From NCBI RefSeq assembly GCF_030684315.1, contig NW_026728516.1, forward strand, positions 620,001 to 684,000: a DNA stretch of 64,000 nt. Direction: 5' to 3'. The notes beneath the pieces are model-generated. The model was given only the letters and a program-made list of their open reading frames with translations. It was not told the origin of the DNA and made no database searches. The DNA comes from Stegostoma tigrinum. Its lineage: Eukaryota. Both the position numbers and the translations under genes were made by a program. Positions 13,051-24,073 of the stretch are shown here, in pieces (position 1 is the stretch's first letter; each line of letters opens with the position of its first letter).

Positions 13051-13700
13051 AAAGTCCTTTTGTCCCCTATTGTCTGTCCAAGCTTTAACTTTGATCCACA
13101 GCGGTGCCATTGGCATTGCGTTCTCATACTTCCAGGTCATCGCACCCATTGTTGTCCATCTGCCCTTAAGTGGGTGTTTTGTCATCCAACTCGTTTGAGT
13201 CAGTGTCATTGTCCTCACGGCCTTCTAAGAAGACGAGGGCACTCGGTGCTTCCCCTACGCTAAGTATCATCATGCCCTTTCGCTTTAAGCCCTCGTGTGA
13301 GAGCTGCCATCTTTGCTTGTTCCCATTTCTCATTGGCCATATTTCTGATGGAGGCTGTCAGAGTTACAGCCACCTTCTCATATTTGCAATTTTTCTTTTT
13401 GTCCATTCCACCAGGTTCTCTGCTTTGGGTTTGGGTCATCCTGATTATCTTCGTGATCAGTTTCTTTCTGAAATCCGGTACAATTTGTAACAACCACCCC
13501 TCTGGACCTCTTTTTTTAATCATCCGTAGATACGATCCATTCAGAATCCATTTTGGCCGCCTTGGGCTTATGCCCCCCCCACCTCGTGCCCCACTTTTCC
13601 ACCATGATGTCCTGTTTTGTGGCCCAACCCCTCCCAGGTGTGGACTAGGTCTATCAATTGTCCACTGAATTCAGCACAATTCCCTGCTCCCTCTTATTAC
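13050..13700 (-). pseudogene. Putative gag remnant (a second piece at ~11650-12000)
   Basis: Position 5' of pol, Lys/Arg-rich minus ORFs, and a possible degenerate zinc knuckle (LHCRETG) near 11790. No decisive motif. Confidence 0.35.
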
Positions 13701-16700
13701 TTTTTATACTGCCAAGAGCTATTCTGGGGTTTACTGTCTCCCTAAAGTGTACTAAATATTAAACATACTTGCGTGATTAGATTCGACACAGCTGATCATT
13801 GACTGGTTTAATATTGTCGGAGGAGAAATATAAAAGAGGGGTCTTGAGACAATGAATGGATATTCATGGTGCCTATTAAATTGTACAGTGAAACATATTT
13901 ACTCTGATTCATGAATTTGATAATAATGAAACATATTCTGTGATTATCAGAATATAGAAGAACAAAGTTTGACTTTTTAAACTTCACTTAATAATAACTT
14001 TGAATTTCTCTGTCTGTAAAGCTGAAAAGTAGACTGATTATTGAAGTGTTATTGATGTGATCACAGCAAAAGAATCATCAGGTACTAACTGCAATTCATG
14101 AGATAAGCAATGTGATCATTTGCATTGATTCTTGTATTGAAAATTCAAGCTTGTTTAATGCTTGTAAAATATTTCGCTATTCATTATAATTCAAGAATAC
14201 AGCACTGAAATGATGTCAGTAAAAAATAGATTTTAGTTTTAGTTTTACTGTTATAATCGACCAATACAATAATTGGACATACGGTTGGATGACTGCACTC
14301 TAAACTGTTAGATATCTAATATTGGCTGTGATGAGAAAAACAATTTAGTTTACAAGGTGTTCTGTACTAGGAATAATTAAAAAATAATTTGTGATTACGA
14401 ATCAGCTACTTAAAAGACAATTACTGTAATTGGCTAAAATATTTACATTTTGGTCAGATAATTGGACCAAGGGACATACACGTTGTACATGTGTTTGTTC
14501 AACAGAATACTCAAGAGATATTTTTCCCCAGGTGCTAATTATACATACGCAGATCAAAGCAGCTTGAAATATACATGGAAGCCAAATGATCAATGAATTA
14601 AGAAAGAATCCATAGTTATACCTGACAGTTTAAAATTCTGAGTAGTTTGGGCACATGTTCATGTTGTTCAAACAGGCAACATGTGGATCAAAGTTAAACC
14701 TTGGACGGACAGTCGGGGACAAAAGGATGCTGCTTTTTGTCATTTACATAAATGATTTGGATGTGCATATCGGAGGTAGGTTTGCAGATGACCTCAGAAT
14801 AAGTGGCAGATTTTCATGTTGGGATTCTTGTCTGTTTAACTATAATCTGTTCCATTCTCCATGCAAGAGGCTCTTCTTGTGTGTGATGGACTGCCACTAA
14901 CAGTGTAATTTCTCTGAGAGTCCTGGGATCAAGTTTCCTTTGTCTGCAAATCAGGCAGCCAGTAAACCTGCTTTTCTCAGGTGAAGCAGAGATTCATTTC
15001 TTAGTGAATAAGTGGTAGATGCTAAAGTTATTTCACTCAGAATGGTTTCTAGCATGCACCATCAATCAGTGTACCTGCTAAGTTATTTTCTGAACAATTC
15101 CGATCTCTATCTGTCAATCTGATGGTACATCTTGTTTGTCACTTTTATGAGAATTCAACCCTTTGTTTCTGAGCTATTTTTCTCAATGATTTGACAAATC
15201 TATTGCTTCACTGTGTGCAGTCTAAGAGCCGTTATGAGCCAGTCTCACCAGTTAGCCACAGTAACGTACCCCCGTATCACCGTATTATACATTTTTTAGC
15301 ATTATCGTATCAGCAAATTCTTTTATTAAGGGGACCAGGAGTGAGTTTTTTTTTAACATGACGTTTTTTCTGCTTAATATTTTGATTTTAAAACATAAGA
15401 CGATGGCTTGTATTTGTGAGAGGGTCATGTTGCTGTGTGCAACAGCCTGTCATTAATGGGATTATGTTCCCTGGAACAAGATTTCTTTTGTCAACAAATT
15501 ACGCATGAAGTTACTTGAACACCTGGGAAAAGGATGTGTTCATTGCAGTGTGACTTCCATCAATGCACTTTGTGGAGCCCCCTGAAGCCAGAGGTACACG
15601 TATGTGTGCAGATTTGTTTTCCTCACTGAAGGAAGCACACATTAGCATACGAGTGTTTGTAACACGGGGCAGCAGACTTATTCTGGGAACTGCGGATTAT
15701 ACTGAGGTGCGACAAGTTGGCTAGATATAAATATCTGACATTGCGAGGGAATAAAGAGGCGTTCTCTTTGAACTGTATGTTATTCCCAAAGACAGTGACA
15801 GGATAAATGTTGGCAGCTATCTTTGCTGATAGGAATCTAGAATAATGGATCAGTCTCAGCGGTAGAACAGCCTGAGTGACTGAGATAAGCAGAAATGTCT
15901 GCACGCAAATGCCTGTGAATCTGTGATCATTTCCACCTCAAGGACTGAATCACTTACTATATTCCAGAAAATGGCTTGCAATGTTTGCTGTGCTAAGGGG
16001 ATCAAAAAAGTTGCAAAAACTGGATGAGTGCTAAGAAGTCAACAATGATGTCACTGAAATGAACTGTGGATGCTGGCAAATTGAAACAAAACAAAAAATG
16101 CTGCAGAAACCTAGCCAATCTAGCAGCATCTGTGGAGAGAGAAACAGAGTTCAAGTTTCACGCCTGATGTGCCTCCTCTTCAGAACAAACAATGTTGTTA
16201 AACTGCAAGTCAGGCTGTAGGTGCTAAATGATTTAAACCTGACCCAGTCTTTGAAATTCTTTTGCAGAGAAATGATCTCCCCATTTGTTTGATAGTGGCA
16301 CTGAGATTGTGCTGTTGAAGTAGAAAGGACACTTTCTGTATCTCGTTGATAAATTGGTGTCTATTGCTCATCACTGAGACTGGGCGGGAGTTCTGATAGA
16401 CTGCAATAGTCAACATAAAATACTGTTTTTTGAAGAACAGGGAGACTTTCTGCTATGCTAGGAATCAGATCACAATGATCCTCACTGACCATAACAGGGT
16501 TCAAACCAAGAGATTTATTTTTGTGACTAACACAGTCAAGATGTGGCATACTGTACTCACACAGTCCTGTCTTCATCACACCCCAGCTTCATGATTCTGA
16601 GTCAGAGAATCTCGATGTAGAAACATTTCCTCTATATGAGACAATCCACATTTTCTCTCAGAACAGTCCCAGCACAAGATTCAGTTAGTGAATCGTTGGA

Positions 16701-17370
16701 ACAGGTAAAATCACTGGAAGTCGAGACTGCTTGAAGTGTAGTTACAGTTCTCACATACAGAATTGAACTGTTATTTGGATTGTTCATTTTAATCATTGAT
16801 AGATGTGCCTGTAGTTTTCATTTGAAGTGGGAGCTGGAATGTTTCAGCCCTGAGAGATGTTTCTGAGGAACCATATGAGTGTTTACAGGGAGCTCCTTGG
16901 AAATGTGTCAGTGTTTACTGGGGACTCTGAGGGGGAAATTTGTCAGTGTTTCCGGTGAGGGTCAGAATGTGCCTAGAGGAAGGTGTCAGCGTTTACGGGA
17001 GGTGGGGGCGTCGCCTAGGAGAAGGTGTCAGTGTTTATTAAGGGTCCCCATTGAGTGTGAGAGTATTTACAGAGTGCCTTTGGAGAATTAGTATGGGATT
17101 CTGGTTTGCGGTTACTTTTTTGATCTTTAAGCGCCTTCCAGACCTTTGATTGTGAACACTGGGCCTACTTATGGGGATGCGAATGAGAAGACTTTAGACA
17201 GGTATTTGAGGGCAAAGGAATCTCTCTTTATTTCGGTGCATAGAGGTAATTATAATTTGAGAAATGGGTACCTCAGTAAATTCTATGAAGTTAACACAAT
17301 ATACTATGAAAAGAGATTACCACTATTAGACATTATTTACTGACATACAGAAAACAAACATTTACACTGT

Positions 17371-17502
17371 TCTCTGATGAAGGGTCTAGTCCCGAAACGT
17401 CAGCTTTTGTGCTCCTGCGATGCTGCTTGTCCTGCTGTGTTCATCCAGCCTCACATTTTATTATCTTGGAATTCTCCAGCATCTGCAGTTCCCATTATAT
17501 CT
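17371..17502 (+). mobile_element. 132-bp Penelope terminal-repeat (pLTR/tail) insertion with 12-bp TSD
   Basis: Near-identical to the Penelope end at 24043-24168. Flanked by catttacactgt at 17359-17370 and 17503-17514. Confidence 0.88.
17374..17401 (+). ncRNA. Minimal hammerhead-ribozyme motif (Penelope-associated)
   Basis: CTGATGA-a-GGG tctagt CCC-GAAA-cGTC: both core boxes, a 3-bp stem II, palindromic ACGT and a GUC cleavage triplet. Confidence 0.7.
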
Positions 17503-18217
17503 CATTTACACTGTCTGCCTGAATTCCTCCCAATAGGGTCCCAATGTACAGCTATCGATGTTAGAGTTTGGGATCTTGGGGTTTATGCTCCCATCCCAGA
17601 ATGTGGTTTTGAAGTCCCAGTGGTATTCTGGATCACCACACCTGGAGCCTGGATTTGGACTGTATGAGTTTTTACGTTTGGGTGAGTCAGCTGATGCGCT
17701 AAGGTGTGTTTTGGTGAGTTCCCGATTCTCTTCACCTTTGGGTTTGTGAACGGGTTTTCACCTCACGTTGTGACTGAGGACACGTGCCTTCGGTGAAGTC
17801 AGTGATTGATCATGTTGTCGGTGTCTGGTTTGGATGGTCTGGATCAGGTTCTTGCTGTTGGTGTTTTGGTTTCAGAAAGACCCGTGTTCGGAAGCACTTT
17901 GTTCAGATTCCTCCTCCCGTACGATCGGGGCTGGCAGTTATACTGACTGTGAGTCCCATTATCTTCAATCTGCAGTTTTCACTCTGCTCTTGATGTTCTC
18001 CCCTGAGGTTAATTAGCTTTCCGATGGTTAGAGTGTGTTTGAATGGATTTGAATGTCGAGTATCTCTTTCAGCTCCAGACTGACTGTGCTGAGTAACCTG
18101 AGGTGTAAAAGTTGTCTTGGATCGGTTCCTACTATCTCATCGATCAGGGTCAGTTGGTTTCGGTCAGATGTCCTTCAAGAGAAGAGGGGCAAAATGGGAT
18201 TCCAGGACTAAAAATAA

Positions 18218-18315
18218 TTTTCTGAAGAACGGTCAAACCATGAAACGTCAGCTTTCCTGCTCCTCTGATGATGCTTGGCCTACTGTGTTCATCCAGCCCT
18301 ACGCCTTGTTATCTC
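18218..18315 (+). mobile_element. 98-bp Penelope tail insertion with 5-bp TSD
   Basis: ctgaagaacggtcaaaccatgaaacgtcagctttcctgctcctc...ttatctc, flanked by aataa at 18213-18217 and 18316-18320. Confidence 0.75.
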
Positions 18316-18924
18316 AATAACCCCACACAGCAACCTCCGTTCCCAGGCATAATTATTGTGTTGTGTATTTTTCACAGACTCAGTCCAACTGTCTCTTTGA
18401 GTAGTTTTGGATGGGCAGAATCCTGGACTGCAACACAAGGTTCATCAAAATGGTTTACTATTGGCGATTTTTTATTTCTTCACGGAGTCCTGCATGAATC
18501 AGTACTTGTGCAGGTTTCCCAGTGAGTGTGTCAGTATTCACAGTGAGCCTATGGTTAATGATTCAGTATCTATAGACTTTTTCCAGTGATTGGTGTGGAG
18601 TGCTATTTACAGAATGATCACTCGGAACTATTTCAGTACCCCAGGGAGTTGCTGGGGAGTTTGTCCTCACTGCAGTGTGTGAAAGGTATTTGAGGTGTCT
18701 TTGGGGAGTGTGACAGTATTGGCAGTCTGTCTGGGGTATTCATTTCAACACATACAGTGTGTCCAGGGGGCCTTTGTTATTATTTACATGGGGTTCCCTG
18801 GCCGTGTATCACTATTTACAGGGGGTGTTCAGGGAGAATGCCAATATTAATACAGTATCCCTGGGGAGTGCGTCAGTATTTACAGGGAATCGTTACAGCA
18901 TTTTAATGGATCCCGTGCAAAGCA

Positions 18925-19295
18925 GATTGAGGGGTAACACGACAGAGGTTTAAAAATCCTGAGCGGTATTGATAAGGTGGATGGCAGATTTCAATTCAAG
19001 AGGGTGGGGATTTCAAGGCTGGGGCATACTCAGAAGGTGAGAGGAGAAAGATTTTAATAATAAATGCATTGAATTTTGTTTTTGTTTACATAGGATTCAT
19101 GTATGGGATGGACTTCCGGAGGAAGTACTGGGTGCGGGTACAGTTACAGCATTTAAAAGGCAATTGGGTAAGTGCATGAATAAGAAGTATTTGGAGGGAT
19201 ATGTCCCACCTTCCTGTGCTTGGCCCCAATTCAGTTTGGGTTTATGGTCGGCATGGACTGGTTGGACTGAAGAATCCAATTCTGAGATATGTGTC
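18925..19295 (+). mobile_element. CR1 3' fragment
   Basis: aaggtgagaggagaaagatttt, ggtacagttacagcatttaaaaggcaattgg and ggtcggcatggactggttgg. Confidence 0.8.
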
Positions 19296-20284
19296 TCTGT
19301 ATCTCTAAAAGCAGTATCCACAGGGAATCCAGGATGAGTGTGTTAATATTTACAGGGGTTCCAGAAGGGATGCATCAGTATTTACAGCATGTCCCGGGGA
19401 GGATTTTCAGCATTTCCTGGGTGTTTCTGGGGAGGGCATCAATATTAAAAGGGCATTCCTAAGAAGCGTGACCGACTTTTACAGAAATCCCAGGAGAGTG
19501 CATCAATATTTACAACAAATCCATCGGGAGTGTGCGAACAATTTCTGGGAATCTGACTGGGAGAGTTTCACTATTTATGGGAGGGCCTGGGGAGTGAGTA
19601 ATGTTGACAGGGAATTCACACACGATGTGTTAGAATTTTGAGGGACCTGTGGGCAGTATATCAGTATCTGCAGAGAATCCAGGGGAATGTGTCAATAATC
19701 ACTGGGTGTTCAAGAGGGAATACAACAGTATCTACAGTGGGTCTGCGGGTAAGTCTGTCAGCATTTACAACCGGTCCAGCGTGACTCTGATGATGTTTGA
19801 GTTCAGTGGGACTGTCAGTATTTACAGGGGATCTTTGTGCATGTGTCAGTATTTTTTTAAAAAGTGTTCCAATGTAATGTGGTCGAGTTTAAAAGGAATC
19901 ACCACGAAGTGTCTCAGTTTTTATGGCTTCTCCGAAGGAAATTGTTAGTATTTGCCAGGACACTCTCAGGGCGTATTTCACAGAATGCTGCTGACAGTGT
20001 GTCATCATTTACTTAAGATGGTGTCCACGTTAACATGGGTCTGGGGGCAGTGTGTCCGTGTAACAGACATCCACGGAGAGACCACAGTGAGTCTGCAGTG
20101 ACTGACTGTAATTTTCAGGTGTGCCCAAGGACGGTGTCAGGATTTCGTGCCTTTTGCGAGTGTGTTCATAATTGTAAGTGATTTGTGGGGTAATGAGTCA
20201 GTGTGTATAGAGATTCCCCAGTGAGTGTGTTCGTATTTACACAGTGGGTGCAGGTGGCGCAGGGGTTGAAGCAGGGAAATTTTT

Positions 20285-20945
20285 TTGCGTTCAGACAAAA
20301 CGTGCCCAGAAACCATAACCACACTCCTCTACATCAAAGACATTTTGGAAATGACTGCCAGACTACTCGGAACTCTTGACATCACGGTAGCCCACAAAAC
20401 CACCAACACACTAAAACAGCAGCTAATGAACTTAAAAAACCCGATACAGACAACAAGCAAAATGAACGTCATTTGCAAAATACCTTGCAAGAACTGTGAC
20501 AAACACTACATTGGACAAACAGGCAGAAAGCTAGCCACCAGGATACATGAACATCAACTCGCCACAAAAGACACGACCACTATCACTCGTATCCTGACAT
20601 TCAGATGAGGAAGGACACCACTTTGATTGGGACAACACATCCATCCTTGGACAAGCCAAACAGAGACATGCACGAGAATTCCGAGAAGCATGGCATTCTA
20701 ACCGGAATTCCACCAACAAACACATAGATTTGGAGCCAATCTACCATCCTCTGAGAAAAAGAACAGGAAATGACATCAACAACACAGGAAATGACATCAC
20801 CAACCCAAGGAAACTGAAACAGACAAATAGGAAGCAGGACATAACACCAGCGCTTCACCAGAGGATCACTGATGATGTTACCTAGAATGGTGACAAAACG
20901 TCTGAAAACGAACCTTCCAGCTCAGTGAGCAAATTTGCATCCAGA
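20285..20945 (+). mobile_element. Penelope-like element (Poseidon-type), 3' portion with GIY-YIG endonuclease (frameshifted)
   Basis: ORF 20285..20608 NVICKIPCKNCDKHYIGQTGRKLATRIHEH continues out of frame as GHHFDWDNTSILGQAKQRHAREFREAWHS. A terminal hammerhead-like motif is at 20869-20902. Confidence 0.92.
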
Positions 20946-21366
20946 GCACGAAGAATCTTAGATATTTCATTATTTCTCCCTCATTCTTCAAAATGACAAT
21001 GGGACAAGCTCAGACCAATTAACTTGTCCTCATTCGAAAATCCCTCCATTCCCCCAATCAACTGAGTGAAACTTTACTGGCCTTTCGCAAATGCAAGAAT
21101 ATCTTTCCAAAGGGTAGCCCTGCTGTTCATAATATTCTTGGTGTAGTCTGACTCACCTTATTTATTTTAGCAAAGATTCTCCATTTTAAAACTTCATTCC
21201 CTTTTTAATAATTGTCAGAATTTGATTTGCCTTCTCTATTACCTGCTGAACGTATAAGCTCCCTTTTTCAGATTGATACTTATGGATTCCCGAAAACCTT
21301 TGTGCAGTCAGTCTGAAACCAACACTATGAGCCTGACAGTAAGTTAGAAATGTGCTGGCCTGTATT

Positions 21367-22514
21367 AGAACATAGAACATAGAACAGTACAGCACAGAAC
21401 AGGCCCTTCAGCCCACAATGTTGTGCCGACTATTGATCCTCATGTATGCACCCTCAAATTTCTGTGACCATATGCATGTCCAGCAGTCTCTTCAATGACC
21501 CCAATGACCTTGCTTCCACAACTGCTGCTGGCAACGCATTCCATGCTCTCACAACTCTCTGTGTAAAGAACCCGCCTCTGACATCCCCTCTATACTTTCC
21601 TCCAACCAGCTAAAAACTATGGCCCCTTGTGTTAGCCATTTCTGCCCTGGGAAATAGTCTCTGGCTATCAACTCTATCTATGCCTCTCATTATCTTGTAT
21701 ACCTCAATTAGGTCCCCTCTCCTCCTCCTTTTCTCCAATGAAAAGAGACCGAGCTCAGTCAACCTCTCTTCAGAAGATAAGCCCTCCAGTCCAGGCAGCA
21801 TCCTGGTAAACCTCCTCTGAACCCTCTCCAAAGCATCCACATCTTTCCTATAATAGGGCGACCAGAACTGGGTGCAGTATTCCAAGTGTGGTCTAACCAA
21901 AGTTTTATAGAGCTGCAACAAGATCTCATGACTCTTAAACTCAATCCCCTTGTTAATGAAAGCCAAAAAACCATATGCTTTCTTAACAACCCTGTCCACT
22001 TGGGTGGCCATTTTAAGGGATCTATGTATCTGCACACCAAGATCCCTCTGTTCCTCCACACTGCTAAGAATCCTATCGTTAATCCTGTACTCAGCTTTCA
22101 AATTCGACCTTCTAAAATGCATCACCTCGCATTTCTCCAGGTTGAACTCCATCTGCCACTTCTCAGCCCACCTCTGCATCCTGTCAATGTCCCGCTGCAG
22201 CCTACAACAGCCCTCTATACTGTCAACGACACCTCCAACCTTTGTGTCGTCTGCAAACCTGCTGACCCATCCTTCAATCCCCTCATCCAAGTCATTAATA
22301 AAAATTACAAACAGTAGAGGCCCAAGGACAGAGCCCTGTGGAACCTCACTCACCACTGACTTCCAGGCAGAATATTTTCCTTCTACTACCACTCGCTGTC
22401 TTCTGTTGGCCAGCCAATTCTGTATCCAGGCAGCTAAGTTCCCCTGTATCCCATTCCGCCTGACCTTCTGAATGAGCCGACCATGGGGAACCTTATCAAA
22501 TGCCTTACTGAAGT
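21367..22514 (-). mobile_element. Young 5'-truncated CR1 LINE
   Basis: 3' microsatellite tail (agaacat)n at 21367-21386, 3'UTR and an uninterrupted RT frame. Candidate TSD gtatta at 21362-21367 and 22519-22524. Confidence 0.95.
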
Positions 22515-22518
22515 GCAA
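21610..22518 (-). CDS. CR1 ORF2 reverse transcriptase, C-terminal 302-aa fragment (not a host gene)
   Basis: FSKAFDKVPH, VPQGSVLGPLLF.IFINDLD, FADDTK, LYKTLVRPHLEYC, LERVQRRFTRM, RGDLIEVYKI. Confidence 0.93.
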   Translation of the reverse strand: MHFSKAFDKVPHGRLIQKVRRNGIQGNLAAWIQNWLANRRQRVVVEGKYSAWKSVVSEVPQGSVLGPLLFVIFINDLDEGIEGWVSRFADDTKVGGVVDSIEGCCRLQRDIDRMQRWAEKWQMEFNLEKCEVMHFRRSNLKAEYRINDRILSSVEEQRDLGVQIHRSLKMATQVDRVVKKAYGFLAFINKGIEFKSHEILLQLYKTLVRPHLEYCTQFWSPYYRKDVDALERVQRRFTRMLPGLEGLSSEERLTELGLFSLEKRRRRGDLIEVYKIMRGIDRVDSQRLFPRAEMANTRGHSF

Positions 22519-23385
22519 GTATTACAAAGGATATGACAATAAACAATAATTGCACCCTTCAAAACAACAGAAGATGTCTGAGTTGATGAAAGGGAATTTT
22601 TTTGATCATCCTGTTCGATTCTTTTTTTGGTGTGGCTGTCAATTGCAGAATAAATAAGGTGAGGGAGGGGATTGACATTGGGGCATATGGTTAATTGAAT
22701 TTTCAAAATCACTATGACGAGTTTGAACAGGGGCTGGAGAGTATCTAGGGGGTGAATAAGGCCTCTTAAAGATCAACAAAGCCATTATATGTGGGACAAC
22801 TAGAGATGGATGCAATCATAAACAAGTATTTCTCTTCAGTATTTACTGTGGAGAAAAACACAGCACCTCAGGAGCTTGGTGAAAGAAATAGTGATCACTA
22901 GAAAAGAATCCACAACTGAGAGCATGAGGTGCCAGGAGTCTAAAAATGCACAAAGGCAGGTAAATCCTGAGGCCTTGATCAGGTCTATCCCAGGACATTG
23001 TGGAAGGCTAGGTAAGAAATTGTGAGGTGCTCTAGCAAGATATTTATAGTCGTCAACAGCCACGGTGAGATGTCAGAAGACTGGAGGGTGGCTAATGTTG
23101 TTGCATCACTCAAGAGGCTGCAAGGCAAAGATTGGATACTACAAACCAGTGACACTGATATTCGGGTGGGCTTGAAATGGACATCAGTTACAAGCTGTGG
23201 GAGTAGGTGGGCTTGAAATGGACATCAGTTACAAGCTGGTTGCCTGAGGTGGAGACTGAGAGGTCCAGGAAGGTGAAGGATGTGCTGGAGATGGCCCCAC
23301 CACACCTGGCACCTTCCCCTGCAACTGCAGGAAATGCTACACTTGCCCCTACACCTCCTCCCTCACCGCTATTCCAGGCCCCAAG

Positions 23386-23817
23386 ATGACTTTCCATATT
23401 AAGCAGAGGTTCACCTGCACATCTGCCAATGTGGTATACTGTATCCATTGTACCCGGTGTGGCTTCCGCTACATTGGGGAAACCAAGCGGAGGCTTGGGG
23501 ACCGCTTTGCCAAACACCTCTGCTCGGTTCACAATAAACAACTGCACCTCCCAGTCGCGAACCATTTCCACTCCCCCTCCCATTCTTTAGATGATATGTC
23601 CATCATGGGCCTCTTGCAGTGCCACAATGATGCCACCCGAAGGTTGCAGGAACAGCAACTCATATTCCGCTTGGGAACCCTGCAGCCCAATGGTATCACT
23701 GTGGACTTCACCAGCTTCAAAATCTCCCCTTCCCCCACCGCATCTGAAAACCAGCCCAGTTCACCCCCTCCCCCCACTGCATCTCAAAACCAGCCCAGCC
23801 TGACTCTGCCTCTCTAA
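23386..23817 (+). CDS. Penelope GIY-YIG endonuclease domain fragment
   Basis: FTCTSANVVYCIHCTRCGFRYIGETKRRLGDRFAKH...PVANHF...RRLQEQQLIFRLGTLQPNG. Confidence 0.9.
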   Translation: MTFHIKQRFTCTSANVVYCIHCTRCGFRYIGETKRRLGDRFAKHLCSVHNKQLHLPVANHFHSPSHSLDDMSIMGLLQCHNDATRRLQEQQLIFRLGTLQPNGITVDFTSFKISPSPTASENQPSSPPPPTASQNQPSLTLPL

Positions 23818-24045
23818 CTTGTTCTTCCTCTCACCCATCCCTTCTCCCAGCCCAGCTGCACCTCTATTTCCTACCTACTAACCTCATCCCACCTCCGAGA
23901 CCTGTCCGTCTTCCCTGGACTGACCTATCCCCTCCCTACCTCCCCAGCTATACTCTCCTCTCCACCTATCTTCTTTTCTCTCCATCTTCGGTCCGCCTCC
24001 CCCTGTCTCCCTATTTATTCCAGAACCCTCACCCCATCCCCCTCT

Positions 24046-24073
24046 CTGATGAAGGATCTAGGCCTGAAACGTC
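24046..24073 (+). ncRNA. Minimal hammerhead-ribozyme motif in the Penelope terminus
   Basis: CTGATGA-AGG atctagg CCT-GAAA-cGTC. Confidence 0.65.

Larger units (their letters stand above)
6830..13700 (-). mobile_element. Decayed endogenous retrovirus / LTR retroelement (gag?-RT-RNaseH-integrase-env), interrupted by CR1 insertions
   Basis: RT, RNase H, IN zinc finger, IN core and an env-like region occur in retroviral order on the minus strand, with many stops and deletions. Paired LTRs and a PBS were not recognised. Confidence 0.85.
17094..18482 (-). mobile_element. LTR-like insertion interrupting the minisatellite
   Basis: Non-satellite block with a minus-strand AATAAA (ctttattt ~17227) in a solo-LTR-like context. 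Termini and TSD not resolved. Confidence 0.4.
16860..20260 (+). repeat. Degenerate ~32-bp minisatellite, core GTGTCAGTATTTACAGGG, split into three blocks by insertions
   Basis: The core recurs at ~16904, 16940, 16983, 17025 and 17056; at 18527-18890; and about every 32 nt from 19340 to 20240 (19340, 19370, 19403, 19436, 19468, 19499...). Confidence 0.85.

Noticed and set aside
13780-14650. AT-rich segment as promoter or origin
   Set aside because: Compositional bias only; no specific motif support.
16860-20260. CRISPR-like repeat-spacer array
   Set aside because: Repeats are degenerate, linkers are only ~14 nt and mutually related, there are no cas genes, and the context is a vertebrate genome.
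20763-20799. Direct repeat acaggaaatgacatca (and the similar repeat at 23730-23800)
   Set aside because: Short internal repeats of the Penelope 3' regions; no evidence of independent significance.
21886-22471. Plus-strand ORFs of 143 and 173 aa
   Set aside because: Antisense shadow frames of the CR1 RT.
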